In this document: positions 18,587 through 28,568 of the stretch, piece after piece | Numbering within the stretch: position 1 is the stretch's first letter | Layout of the letters: each line of letters opens with the position of its first letter | From: Chlamydiota bacterium | GTDB lineage: Bacteria; Chlamydiota; Chlamydiia; Chlamydiales; SM23-39 | Direction: 5' to 3' | Length of the DNA: 64,000 nt | Assembly: GCA_038534095.1 (NCBI GenBank) | Contig: JBCAXK010000003.1 | Location: forward strand, 1-64,000 | The notes under the pieces: model-generated | What the model saw: only the letters and a program-made list of their open reading frames with translations | The model's database searches: none | Told to the model about the DNA's origin: nothing | Made by a program: the position numbers and the translations under genes

Positions 18587-20917
18587 ATGATACAGCGTAT
18601 TTTTTTTTATTTTTTTAGCTCTTGCCTTTTTGTATGTTCCCTATTTTCTATCGAAACGTATGAAGATAAAATCGTCCAATCGATTGCGATTGTGATTGAA
18701 AGGCCCGATCCCGATGTCCATTACGATCTAGCTGCGATTGCGCACAGGTTACAAACAAAAGAGCGGGGAGCTTTTTCACAAATAGCCTTTGATCAAGACC
18801 TCAAACTACTATCCCAAGAATATGATCGGGTGGAGCCTTCTGTGCAGGTCTCAGGAGACCATCTCACGATCGAGCTAAACCTATGGCCTAGACCTTTGAT
18901 CGAGTCGATCGACTGGTCGGGCAACGAAGCCTTTGCTACAAGTAAATTAGAAAAGGAGCTAGACGTCACCCCGGGCACCTATTTTCATCGGCAAGAGTTC
19001 AATAAAAAATTCAAAGCTCTTAGGGAATTTTACATCAAAAAGGGGTACTTTGCCTCAGAGATTTCCTATAAAATTTTCCCCATTCAAGGTACAAACCGGG
19101 TAGCTATAGATATTTCCCTTGTAGAAGGGAAAACTGGGATCATCAACCAGGTCGATTTTCATGGATTTACAAGTAGTGAAATCAGCGACATCACCTCGAT
19201 GATTTATACCCAACGCTACCGCTGGTTTTTAAGCTGGTTTACAGGAACGGGCACGCTCAGGCAAGAGGTTCTTGACCAAGACAAAATGGTCATGTTGCAC
19301 TACCTACACAATAAAGGATACGCCGACGCAAGAGTGGACATCAGTCTTGAAGATGCCCCTTCTCTCGATCGGATCGATGTCGTCATTTCCGCCCATAGAG
19401 GCCCTTTGTACCGCTATGGATCCATCGGCTTCACCGGCAATGAGAAACTGCATGATCAAAAAGTGGAAAGCTCTCTCAAAATCCATGAAAAAGATGTCTA
19501 TTCTCCCGATAAATTGCGAGAAACAGCGCAAGCGATTCGGGATCTTTATGGGGAAAAAGGGTACATAGAAGCGCGAGTCGATTACGAAGTGCTGTTGCAG
19601 GAAAAAGAACCCATTTTTAACGTGCAATACTATATTGACGAGGGGGAAGAATACCGGATCGGCCTCATCCGTATCATTGGCAATACAAGAACCCAATCGA
19701 ACGTTCTTTTACGGGAATCACTCCTTGTCCCAGGTGAGACGTTTGACGCAAGAAGGTTACAACTTACCCAGCAAAAACTTCAGAATATTGGCTATTTCAA
19801 AAATGTCAATGTGTACGCGGTTGCCTCGACAGACAACGATCTTGGACCCTACTACCGAGACGTCTATATTGAAGTAGAAGAAATGCCGACAGGCAACATG
19901 AGCGTTTTTTCTGGATTTAGCACTTTAGATAACGTGTATGGAGGACTCGAACTTACAGAAAGAAATTTCAACATTGCAGGGATCACCCGTCTTTTTTCCG
20001 AAGGACCAAAAGCGTTACGAGGCGGCGGGGAATACTTTCATATTCGGCTAGGTTTTGGAGCAAAGCAAACCAACTACCTCATTTCTTGGATGGATCCTTA
20101 CGTGAACGACTCCTTATGGAGGCTCGGCTTTGAGATTGTACGAACAACAAGCAACTTGCAATCGACCAAATACGATGTCAATACTGCTGGATTTTCGGTT
20201 TTTGCCTCTTATCCCCTCACAAGGTATTGGACTTATGGAACAAAGTACCGCTTTCGCTACACAGATACAGATGTAAACAGCGCAGAAAAAGACTTGGAAA
20301 AAGTCTTAGATCGTTCGGGCATTCTATCCTCAATCAATCAATCCTTATCCTACAATTCGACAGATCGGGCCTACAAACCACGCCGAGGACTCCGCTCAGG
20401 TTTTGAAGCAGAATGCGCCGGTTTGGGAGGAGCTTTTCGTTTTGCAAAAACGAGCTTAGTCAGTACATTTTATCTCCCCCTATGGGACAAGGGAACGGTG
20501 AAGCTTCGAGGAGATACCCGCTTTATTTTTCCTTTTGGCAATCAAGAAACAAGAGTTCCAACGAGTGAAAAATTCTTCCTTGGAGGAGAAACCACCGTTC
20601 GTGGATACGAACCCTTCCATATTGGACCGATTGTTGACGGAGAGCCAATCGGAGGAATTTCTTCCTTTCTTCTTTCTTTTGAGTATAATCAAGAGATATT
20701 GCCTTTTTTCGATGTGTTTACCTTTTTTGACGCAGGATCTGTATCGGATGAACGCTTCAAATGGGATGAAACACTAAGGACAAGTGTGGGAGTAGGTATG
20801 CGTTTGGAAATCATGACCCGCGCTCCCATTGTTCTTGGCTACGGCTACCCCATCAATCCAGAAAGAAAAGATGAGGATGTACAAAACTTCTTTTTTTCAA
20901 TGGCTGGACAATTTTAA
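18587..20917 (+). CDS. bamA: Outer membrane protein assembly factor BamA (Omp85)
   Basis: POTRA repeats, FFLGG..TVRGY and C-terminal Phe; followed by skp and lpxD. Confidence 0.96.
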   Translation: MIQRIFFYFFSSCLFVCSLFSIETYEDKIVQSIAIVIERPDPDVHYDLAAIAHRLQTKERGAFSQIAFDQDLKLLSQEYDRVEPSVQVSGDHLTIELNLWPRPLIESIDWSGNEAFATSKLEKELDVTPGTYFHRQEFNKKFKALREFYIKKGYFASEISYKIFPIQGTNRVAIDISLVEGKTGIINQVDFHGFTSSEISDITSMIYTQRYRWFLSWFTGTGTLRQEVLDQDKMVMLHYLHNKGYADARVDISLEDAPSLDRIDVVISAHRGPLYRYGSIGFTGNEKLHDQKVESSLKIHEKDVYSPDKLRETAQAIRDLYGEKGYIEARVDYEVLLQEKEPIFNVQYYIDEGEEYRIGLIRIIGNTRTQSNVLLRESLLVPGETFDARRLQLTQQKLQNIGYFKNVNVYAVASTDNDLGPYYRDVYIEVEEMPTGNMSVFSGFSTLDNVYGGLELTERNFNIAGITRLFSEGPKALRGGGEYFHIRLGFGAKQTNYLISWMDPYVNDSLWRLGFEIVRTTSNLQSTKYDVNTAGFSVFASYPLTRYWTYGTKYRFRYTDTDVNSAEKDLEKVLDRSGILSSINQSLSYNSTDRAYKPRRGLRSGFEAECAGLGGAFRFAKTSLVSTFYLPLWDKGTVKLRGDTRFIFPFGNQETRVPTSEKFFLGGETTVRGYEPFHIGPIVDGEPIGGISSFLLSFEYNQEILPFFDVFTFFDAGSVSDERFKWDETLRTSVGVGMRLEIMTRAPIVLGYGYPINPERKDEDVQNFFFSMAGQF

Positions 20918-20928
20918 CTGAGGAGATA

Positions 20929-21675
20929 ATGATGAACTTTCAGAAATATGCACTACTACTCGCAACCTCTTTATCCTTACCTTTCTGCGCATTTGCTAAG
21001 GAAGCGATGAAGAACGAAACCCTTCCATTTGGTATCGTCAATTTTGCGGAATGCTACAATGGATCGAAGTATGGACAAAAAGAGCAGGAAAACTTGCAGG
21101 GCCTACGCAAACAACTTACAGACATGCTTGAAACCGCCCAAAATGATCTTAAGGAAGTCTCTACCAAGCTACAAGATCAAGAGTATCTAGAAAATCTTTC
21201 TGAGAAAGCGATCGAAGAACTAAAAACTAAACAAGAAACAATTACTCAAGAACTGATCCGATCCAACCAACAATACTCCCAAATTTTGCAACAGCAATAT
21301 ACCCAAGGGACACAAAAGGTTGCGCAAAAAGTGATTGACATCTCTGAAAAAATGGCACAGCAAGAGAACTTTGCTTATGTAGCGAATAAAGAATTGTTCT
21401 TTTACTGCAATCCAAAAGCAGATCTTACTAGCCGCATCATCAGCACCCTCGATGAGCAATTTGATGCAGAGCAGGCAAAAGAACTTGCGAAAAAAGAAGC
21501 GCAAGAAACAGCCGCGAAAGCAGCTTTTAAAGAAAATGCCCTGAATAGGGAAACAGAATCTATGCGCTCTTCTCCTGTAGCAGAAGAGATCAAGCATTTT
21601 GATGATGAAGCTCTTAGCGTAGAGGAAGATGCTTTTTCTTTTCATGAAGAAGATTCTGAGGATTCTCTAGACTAG
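20929..21675 (+). CDS. skp: OmpH/Skp chaperone with an acidic C-terminal extension
   Basis: Signal peptide, GIVNFAEC..SKYG, coiled coil and DLT..II..LD; sits between bamA and lpxD. Confidence 0.88.
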   Translation: MMNFQKYALLLATSLSLPFCAFAKEAMKNETLPFGIVNFAECYNGSKYGQKEQENLQGLRKQLTDMLETAQNDLKEVSTKLQDQEYLENLSEKAIEELKTKQETITQELIRSNQQYSQILQQQYTQGTQKVAQKVIDISEKMAQQENFAYVANKELFFYCNPKADLTSRIISTLDEQFDAEQAKELAKKEAQETAAKAAFKENALNRETESMRSSPVAEEIKHFDDEALSVEEDAFSFHEEDSEDSLD

Positions 21676-21700
21676 CCTACCTGACCTGTATAGGTACGTT

Positions 21701-22741
21701 ATGAACGACCATTCTTATTCATTATGCGAGCTTGCAGACCTTCTTGGCTGCAAGCTGATTGGCAATAAAGAAGAGACCATCTCAGGTCTCAATACTCTTG
21801 AAGAGGCTCTTCCTGGCGATCTCTCTTTTTTAGCCAATGTACGTTACAAGTCGCTACTAAAAAAATCGTCTGCCTCGGCAATCATTTGTAAGGAACCTGA
21901 CGATTCTTTCCCCAAAAAAAACTTTCTGTTGGCTCCTAACCCTTCCGAGACGTTTCAGAAGCTCCTTTTGCTATTTGGTCTAAAGTCTTCTACAAGCGTT
22001 TTTTCTGGCCTTCACTCGACAGCCATCATTCATAAAAGCGTCAGCTTGGGAGAAAATGTGACAGCTGGCCCCTACGCAGTCATCGATCAAGGGGTGGAGA
22101 TTGCAGCAGGAACCGTGATCGGCGCTCACACCTTCATAGGGGCTGGTACAAAAATTGGAAGAGACTGCGTACTCTATCCGCATGTAACCATACGAGAAAA
22201 ATGTAGATTAGGCAGCCGCGTAATTGTTCAACCGGGCGCTGTGATCGGCTCTTGCGGGTTTGGGTATCTCCCCGATGAATCTGGGAAATTTCATAAGTTA
22301 GAACAGCTTGGCATCGTCATTCTTGAAGATGATGTGGAAGTGGGGGCTAATACCACAATAGACCGGGCGAGATTCAAAGCAACCATCATCAAAAAAGGGA
22401 CAAAGCTCGACAATCTGATACAGATTGCCCACAATGTAGAGATTGGGGAAAATAACATGCTCGCTGCCCAAACAGGAATCGCAGGTTCGACAAAAACAGG
22501 TGATTACGTGATGATGGGAGGTCAGGTGGGTATTGTAGGACATGTATCGATCGCCTCCCAAACAAAAATCGCCACGAGAGGCGGAGTCAACCGCTCTTTA
22601 GACAAAGGCGTCTACCGGGGATCCCCCGTGTTTCCTATCCAAGAATATAACCGCCAGAAAGTGCACGTAAAGCGGCTAGCTACTTACGTGAAAAAGCTCG
22701 AGGAACTAGAAAAACGGCTCAAAAAACTAGAAGAATCGTAA
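21701..22741 (+). CDS. lpxD: UDP-3-O-acylglucosamine N-acyltransferase
   Basis: Hexapeptide repeats, GSCGFGY, GANTTIDR and DNLIQIAHNV. Confidence 0.97.
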   Translation: MNDHSYSLCELADLLGCKLIGNKEETISGLNTLEEALPGDLSFLANVRYKSLLKKSSASAIICKEPDDSFPKKNFLLAPNPSETFQKLLLLFGLKSSTSVFSGLHSTAIIHKSVSLGENVTAGPYAVIDQGVEIAAGTVIGAHTFIGAGTKIGRDCVLYPHVTIREKCRLGSRVIVQPGAVIGSCGFGYLPDESGKFHKLEQLGIVILEDDVEVGANTTIDRARFKATIIKKGTKLDNLIQIAHNVEIGENNMLAAQTGIAGSTKTGDYVMMGGQVGIVGHVSIASQTKIATRGGVNRSLDKGVYRGSPVFPIQEYNRQKVHVKRLATYVKKLEELEKRLKKLEES

Positions 22742-22803
22742 AAAAACCTTGCTTTTCCCTTCCCCCAAATTTTATGAAGTAAAGAAAGTCTTCATAAAGT
22801 TCG

Positions 22804-23724
22804 ATGCTCCAAGTATTTTATAAACCCTCAAAAGAGGGACATTACCGTCCATTAAATACCACAAAAGAAGGAAGCTGGATCCATATTACCCACGCTTCTG
22901 TGGCCGATTTAGATCGAATCATGGAACTAACCGATATCGATTATAATCACCTAAAAGATAGCCTCGATCGTTATGAAGTACCTAGAGTCGAACAAGAAGA
23001 CACCAACATCTTAGTATTTACAAGACACCCTTGTGATGAAGAGCAAGGCCTTTATACCTCATCTCTTACGATCATCCTAACAAAAGAGTATTTCATCACG
23101 ATTTCTCCAAAAGAAAGCGAACTGATCAACTCTTTGCTGAACAATCTTTCTGTACTCTCTACGCTCCAAAGATCCAAACTCCTGTTCCATATTCTTTTAA
23201 AAATCACCCAGCATTTCAATACAAGCATCAAAATGGTTCGGCATAAAGTATTGCAACACGAGAAAAAAATAGAAAATATTGATAGCGATTCTATTGTAGA
23301 ACTAACAAAAAATGAAGAGATTCTCAATCAATACCTTACATCTCTTGTTCCGATGAAAAATCTCCTAGAGGGGATTTCAAGTGGCAGATTTGTCCATCTT
23401 TATGAAAAGGATGTGGATCTGCTCCAAGATCTTACCATTGCCATCAAACAATCTGAAGATCTTTGCTCTGTGAACATCAAAAGTATCCGCAGCCTTCGGG
23501 ATGCCTACCAGATCATTTTTACAAATGACGTCAATAAAACGATCAAAAGGCTCACAGCCATCACCATCATTTTCACAATACCCACAATCATCTCCTCAAT
23601 TTATGGGATGAATGTCTCTTTACCATTAGAAAACAATCCCCTAGCGTTTGTGATTTTAATGAACATCATCATCATTGCCTGTTTCTTTTCCGTGCTCATA
23701 TTTTTGCAGAAAAAGTGGTTATGA
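22804..23724 (+). CDS. corA: CorA-family Mg2+ transporter
   Basis: YGMN signature between two C-terminal TMs. Confidence 0.93.
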   Translation: MLQVFYKPSKEGHYRPLNTTKEGSWIHITHASVADLDRIMELTDIDYNHLKDSLDRYEVPRVEQEDTNILVFTRHPCDEEQGLYTSSLTIILTKEYFITISPKESELINSLLNNLSVLSTLQRSKLLFHILLKITQHFNTSIKMVRHKVLQHEKKIENIDSDSIVELTKNEEILNQYLTSLVPMKNLLEGISSGRFVHLYEKDVDLLQDLTIAIKQSEDLCSVNIKSIRSLRDAYQIIFTNDVNKTIKRLTAITIIFTIPTIISSIYGMNVSLPLENNPLAFVILMNIIIIACFFSVLIFLQKKWL

Positions 23725-23818
23725 GCTCTATTTCGAAAAAGAAGGCTTCTTTTTTACCAGGTAAAAAAGCCGCTAAGCAGCCTGTTTTTTCTACAACCGG
23801 AAGGTAAGCCCCGATCCA

Positions 23819-24057
23819 TGCAATCATCCTCCATCCCTACCGAGTTATCGATTCCTGCTAGACAAGAGGCATAAGACCATAAAAACTACCGACATCAGGG
23901 GATGTTTTTTATTACGTAATACCCTTGGATCTTCAATTTTTTCATAGATTTGTTTCCATTCTTCTATGAGCGCCGTCGATTCTCTCCTGCTAGAGCATGA
24001 TCAAACAAAAGGCATGGTCTCTTGCATATACTCAAATTTTTATATGCGACCGTCCTG
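23819..24057 (-). mobile_element. ISAs1-family remnant: left end plus decayed transposase N-terminus
   Basis: End sequence CAGGACGGTCGCAT at 24057. The minus strand reads ALIEEWKQIYEKIEDPRVLRNKKHPLMSVVFMVLC, frameshift, AGIDNSVGMEDD, matching the ISAs1 DPR...KH.L...C...G.D.W..IE motif. Confidence 0.8.
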
Positions 24058-24242
24058 ACACCCTGCGCTAGAGCAGAAGATCTGGACTACCTAAATGCAA
24101 GATCTATACGTTTAATTTATTAAAAATTTTATAAAAAATAGAATTTTATTTAAAAAACCAAATATAGAAAATAAAAAATGAGATCAATTATAATAATAGT
24201 AAATAAAATATATTTTTAATTAAAACAATAAAAGGTGTAACT

Positions 24243-24725
24243 ATGTCAACTGTTTTACCTATAGCAGACCCAAGAATGCATTATCCTAATCAAAGAGAAT
24301 TGAATGTTAATAATACGCCCAATAATGAAAGAATTGAAAGAGAGGCAAGAAACGAGGAACGGAATAACGCTAGAAATCAAAGAGTAGCATCTGCACTAAC
24401 AAATATAAGCAACATGAATATTCAAATTACTAGCCTTAGAGAAAAACAATACTCTAATTTTAAACACCTATTCTTTTCGACAGCAGCAGCTTGTGAAGCA
24501 GTCAGTCTGACGCATAGCTCATTACTCAGTGACTACCCAGAGTCGCAATTGCTCATCAAGACTTTCCTAGTTACAACCGCATTTGTGTCTGTTGGTTATA
24601 CGTTTCTCCTTACGTACAGTACACATTATGATCTCGAATCTGCATATAAGGATACAATACGGCAAGAGCGAGCCATTGGAAACGAATATAAGAACAGTGT
24701 TATCCGTTTAGAGCAAAATAGATAG
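24243..24725 (+). CDS. Orphan protein with two hydrophobic segments (Inc/effector-like)
   Basis: AAGGTG SD, N/R/E-rich N-terminus, hydrophobic LFFSTAAACEAVSL and LLIKTFLVTTAFVSVGYTFLL. Confidence 0.7.
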   Translation: MSTVLPIADPRMHYPNQRELNVNNTPNNERIEREARNEERNNARNQRVASALTNISNMNIQITSLREKQYSNFKHLFFSTAAACEAVSLTHSSLLSDYPESQLLIKTFLVTTAFVSVGYTFLLTYSTHYDLESAYKDTIRQERAIGNEYKNSVIRLEQNR

Positions 24726-24813
24726 CATTAGTATTGGATCTGCACTACCTTTGCATACAGGTTTCCTAGACAAAACCTCGCCGTGCAGTCATCTGCTATT
24801 TGACGCTTGGTTC

Positions 24814-24970
24814 TGCAATAATCCTCGATCCCTATCCAGTTATCGATCCTTTTTTCACAGATTGGCTTCCATTTTTCTATGAGCGCCGTCGCTTCCTTTC
24901 TGCTAGAGCATGATCAAACAAAAGGCATGATCTCTCGTATATACTCAAACTTTGATATGCGATCGCCCTG
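24814..24970 (-). mobile_element. Second ISAs1-family left-end remnant, internally deleted
   Basis: Direct-repeat homolog of 23819-24057 lacking ~80 bp; end CAGGGCGATCGCAT; reads ALIEKWKPICEK/RIDNWIGIEDYC. Confidence 0.8.
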
Positions 24971-25001
24971 CAATCCTGATCTTCAGCGCCATCAGGATTG
25001 C
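24970..25001. terminator. Hairpin downstream of pdhC
   Basis: GCAATCCTGAT-N10-ATCAGGATTGC perfect 11-bp stem; no clear U tract. Confidence 0.5.
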
Positions 25002-25008
25002 GTCTAGC

Positions 25009-26316
25009 TTAAGAAGAGCTAGGAGAGTTCATCAGTAAAATTGCAGGATTTTCGAGAAATTTCTGGACGGTTTTTATGAACATGGCTCCATCAACGCCAT
25101 CAACAATGCGGTGGTCTGCAGACAATGTGATGCGCATGATCTGCGCTGTCTCAATAGTGCCTTTAGCAACAATCGGTTTTTCTTCAATCCCCGCAACAGA
25201 TAAGATCGCACTTTGAGGGGGGTTGATGATCGCTACAAAATCGGATACCCCAAACATACCTAAGTTAGAAATCGTAAAAGAGCCCCCTTGATACTCTTCT
25301 GGCAAAAGATTTTTTTCTTTAGCTCGTTTCGCAAGAGATCGCACTTCTTGGGCAATTTCACCAATGGTCTTGTAATCGGCGTAACGAATAATTGGAGTGA
25401 TGAGCCCATCAGGAATCGTAACAGCGATCGATACATCGACTGTTTTGAACTGCACAATCGTCTCCTCTACAGAGTTGTACCCACTATTGATGTTGGGATG
25501 CGCTTTTAGCGCAAGAGCTACAGCTTTGATCACAAAATCGTTGACCGTGAGCTTCGTATCAAACATTTTGAGCTGCTGCCTAAGGCTCATAAGAAGAGAT
25601 ACATTCACATCTTGATGGACGTAGAAGTGGGGAATGAACGATTTCGACTCTTGAAGACGTCTCCCAATCGCCTTCCTCATCGGGGTAGGCGACGTCTCCT
25701 CGTAGCTTCCCGCGACCTCTTCAGGTAGCCTTCGAATCCCTAAAGAAGCTACCTGGCTTTTTTGGGCGCCGCTTAAGTCTCTCACTAAGATGCGCCCATC
25801 AGGGCCTGTTCCTTTTACCGAAGCGAGGTCTAACCCTTGTTGTGTAGCGATTTTTTTCGCCAAAGGAGACGCCTTGATCCTCTTCAAAGGTTCTATATTG
25901 GGAAGGAACTCGTAACTAGGAAGCGGAGGAGCAGGAGCAAATGCAGGCTGCTGCAAAGTAGCGCCCTTTGGGGGAGCATCGGGAATAAAGGCTGTCTCTT
26001 GAGTAGTCGTTTCTTCTACCGGAGCTTCTTCTTTTTGAGAAATCCCTTCTGGGCTGTACCCTTCGATGCTTTCTTCTAAATCATTCGTGAAAATCGCTAT
26101 AGGATCGTTCACCTTTGTTGAAGCATTTTCTTCGATGAGAATTTTTCGAACATAGCCGCCGTCTAAGGCTTGATATTCTAAATTTGCTTTGTCGGTGGCT
26201 ACTTCAATCAGAACCTGACCAGGCTCTACCCTCTGCCCTTCTTGCACATGCCATTTCACAATGGTCCCTTCTTCCATCGTAGGTGATAATTTCGGCATGG
26301 TGATCGTAAACGGCAT
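25009..26316 (-). CDS. pdhC: Pyruvate dehydrogenase E2
   Basis: Lipoyl motif EVATDKA, E3-binding ASPLAKK and catalytic DHRIVDG. Confidence 0.96.
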   Translation of the reverse strand: MPFTITMPKLSPTMEEGTIVKWHVQEGQRVEPGQVLIEVATDKANLEYQALDGGYVRKILIEENASTKVNDPIAIFTNDLEESIEGYSPEGISQKEEAPVEETTTQETAFIPDAPPKGATLQQPAFAPAPPLPSYEFLPNIEPLKRIKASPLAKKIATQQGLDLASVKGTGPDGRILVRDLSGAQKSQVASLGIRRLPEEVAGSYEETSPTPMRKAIGRRLQESKSFIPHFYVHQDVNVSLLMSLRQQLKMFDTKLTVNDFVIKAVALALKAHPNINSGYNSVEETIVQFKTVDVSIAVTIPDGLITPIIRYADYKTIGEIAQEVRSLAKRAKEKNLLPEEYQGGSFTISNLGMFGVSDFVAIINPPQSAILSVAGIEEKPIVAKGTIETAQIMRITLSADHRIVDGVDGAMFIKTVQKFLENPAILLMNSPSSS

Positions 26317-26321
26317 ATTCC

Positions 26322-27308
26322 TTATATTCCTTTCGCCACTTCTTGCAAAGCATCAACAATTCGCTCATGATTTGGCAAGGTAGCGTATTCTAAGGGTTTT
26401 GCGTAGGGCATAGGGGTTTCCCTTTGACAAACCCGAACAATGGGATGATCAAGATCATCAAAAGCGCTCTCCATCAGCTGGAATCCCACTTCTGCGCAGA
26501 TTCCCGCAAAACTGTGCCCCTCTTCGACAAGGACGCACCGGTGCGTTTTTGCAACAGATTGCTTGATCGTAGCAAGATCGAGTGGTTTGATGGTACGAAG
26601 ATCGATGATTTCTACGCTCACTCCCTGTTTTCCAAGTAGATCGGCTGCTGTGACGCAGCTTTTGAGCATCCTACTGTAGGAAATCAACGTAATATCTTTC
26701 CCCTCACGAAGAACGTGAGCTTTTCCTAGAGGCACTAAGTATTCTTTTGTGGGGATTTCCATAACATCCCCATAATCGAGTTCATTTTCAAGAAACAGCA
26801 CAGGGCAGTTTGCGCGAATCGCCGATTTTAGTAAGCCTTTCGCATCATACGCATTTGAAGGAGAAACAACAATCCATCCAGGAAGGGTGCCGTAAATGGA
26901 CTCAACGCAATGGGAATGCTGACAACTTACTTGAGCAGCAGAGCCGTTAGGACCTCGAAAAACGATCGGAACAGAAAACCTTCCCCCCGACATATAGTAT
27001 TGCTTGCAAGCTGTGGAAATCAGCTGATCGGCTGCTACAAAGGAAAAGTTGAAACTCATGAACTCAACAATGGGTCGAAGACCTGTCATTGCGGCGCCAA
27101 TCGCGATCCCTGCAAATCCGTTTTCTGCAATAGGGGTATCAATCACCCTCTTATCGCCCCACTTCTCCACCATTCCCTTGGTCACCTTGTAGGCGCCATT
27201 GTAATAGGCAACCTCTTCGCCCATAATGAAGACGTTTTCGTCACGAGTCATCTCTTCATCCATTGCCTGTCGAAGAGCTTCCCGAATTTCTACCGGCTGT
27301 TTTTCCAT
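26322..27308 (-). CDS. pdhB: Pyruvate dehydrogenase E1 beta
   Basis: DTPIAENGF, EFMSFNF, QHS and DLRTIKPLD. Start at ATG 27308. Confidence 0.96.
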   Translation of the reverse strand: MEKQPVEIREALRQAMDEEMTRDENVFIMGEEVAYYNGAYKVTKGMVEKWGDKRVIDTPIAENGFAGIAIGAAMTGLRPIVEFMSFNFSFVAADQLISTACKQYYMSGGRFSVPIVFRGPNGSAAQVSCQHSHCVESIYGTLPGWIVVSPSNAYDAKGLLKSAIRANCPVLFLENELDYGDVMEIPTKEYLVPLGKAHVLREGKDITLISYSRMLKSCVTAADLLGKQGVSVEIIDLRTIKPLDLATIKQSVAKTHRCVLVEEGHSFAGICAEVGFQLMESAFDDLDHPIVRVCQRETPMPYAKPLEYATLPNHERIVDALQEVAKGI

Positions 27309-27309
27309 C

Positions 27310-28335
27310 TTAAGGCTCCCACTCCAAAACGCCCTCTTCGAGCTCCGTTGTATCGGGGAAAGGGCTCTCATCGGCAAAGGTCAATGCCTTTAAAACGATC
27401 TGCTTTTGTTCTTCATCCATCGTTTGAAACTCTTTTTCACTCAGCATTTTTCCCTGAGTAAGATAGTCTTTGAGAAGAAGAATGGGATCTTGTTTCTTGA
27501 TGGTAGCAACCTCGTCTTTCGAGCGGTAGAGTCCCGGATCAGAAATCGAATGTCCCTTAAAACGCTCAGCGACAGCTTCTACAAGAACAGGTTTTCCGTC
27601 TTGTTGCACAGAGCGAAAGATCTCTTGAAATCCTGCAACACAGTTCGCATAGTCCATCCCATTTAAGGTAAATCCCCGCATATTGTAGGCAGGAGCAAAG
27701 TGCTCAGCAATAGGCTGAGAACAGATCGCTCTACCCACATCAGTCCCCATGCCCCACTGGTTGTTTTCGATCACAATCACGCAGGGAAGGCTCCATAAAG
27801 AGGCGTAGTTCAAAGACTCATGTACAGCTCCCTGCGCAAAGGCTCCTTCCCCTAAAAAACAGAGGGATACTTTGTTTTCTTTTTTGTATTTGCTGGCAAA
27901 AGCAGCTCCCATGGCCACAGGTACATGGCCGCCCACAATACCAAAGCCTCCCAGCATCTGATCGTGGTAGAGATGCATGCTCCCTCCCCTCCCTTTAGCA
28001 GTGCCCGTTTTTTTCCCAAAAAGCTCCGCCATCACCTCGTTGGGAGATGCTCCTAAGAGTAAAGCTAAGGCGTGACAGCGATAAGTAGTTGTATACCAAT
28101 GATCGAAACCAAATGCTCTAAGGGCCGCTGTTTGAATCGCCTCTTGCCCTGTATAGGCATGAAAAAAGCCCCCAACCTTTCCTTGCATGTAGGCAGCTTC
28201 TGCTCTTGTTTCAAAATTACGAATGAGCAGCATGCGCGCAAGGTCTTCTAAGAGTTCCTTCCTTGAAAGAGATTGCAGTACAAGTAGAGGATCACTTGGA
28301 TAAAAAGAATGATGTATAGGGTTCTTATCGGGCAT
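27310..28335 (-). CDS. pdhA: Pyruvate dehydrogenase E1 alpha
   Basis: GFFH...GQEA, GRGGSMH, TPP motif GEGA...ENN and GHSISDP. Confidence 0.96.
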   Translation of the reverse strand: MPDKNPIHHSFYPSDPLLVLQSLSRKELLEDLARMLLIRNFETRAEAAYMQGKVGGFFHAYTGQEAIQTAALRAFGFDHWYTTTYRCHALALLLGASPNEVMAELFGKKTGTAKGRGGSMHLYHDQMLGGFGIVGGHVPVAMGAAFASKYKKENKVSLCFLGEGAFAQGAVHESLNYASLWSLPCVIVIENNQWGMGTDVGRAICSQPIAEHFAPAYNMRGFTLNGMDYANCVAGFQEIFRSVQQDGKPVLVEAVAERFKGHSISDPGLYRSKDEVATIKKQDPILLLKDYLTQGKMLSEKEFQTMDEEQKQIVLKALTFADESPFPDTTELEEGVLEWEP

Positions 28336-28412
28336 AGGCCGGTTATTTACCTTCTCTAAACTTTATTGTTTGGAAAAAAGTGAAAAAAATCAATGTTTTT
28401 AGCAAGGGAAAG

Positions 28413-28568
28413 CTACCTGCCAGACATCATGGGCAATCCCGAGCCATGTCTAGGAACAATGTTCGGATTATTGGTAACCGGCGTTGTGCTAAGATCATCT
28501 TCCTCATCCCAGTGGGCGCAAGCAGAGAGACAAAAGAGGCATAAGAGCAAAGAGAAGACTTTTTTCAT
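28413..28568 (-). CDS. Small lipoprotein (51 aa), absent from the ORF track
   Basis: MKKVFSLLLCLFCLSAC-AHWDEEDDLSTTPVTNNPNIVPRHGSGLPMMSGR*: basic n-region, h-region and LSAC lipobox. Confidence 0.75.
   Translation of the reverse strand: MKKVFSLLLCLFCLSACAHWDEEDDLSTTPVTNNPNIVPRHGSGLPMMSGR

Noticed and set aside
27840..27860. GEGA instead of GDGA in the PdhA TPP motif
   Set aside because: GEG is a known functional variant among E1-alpha proteins.
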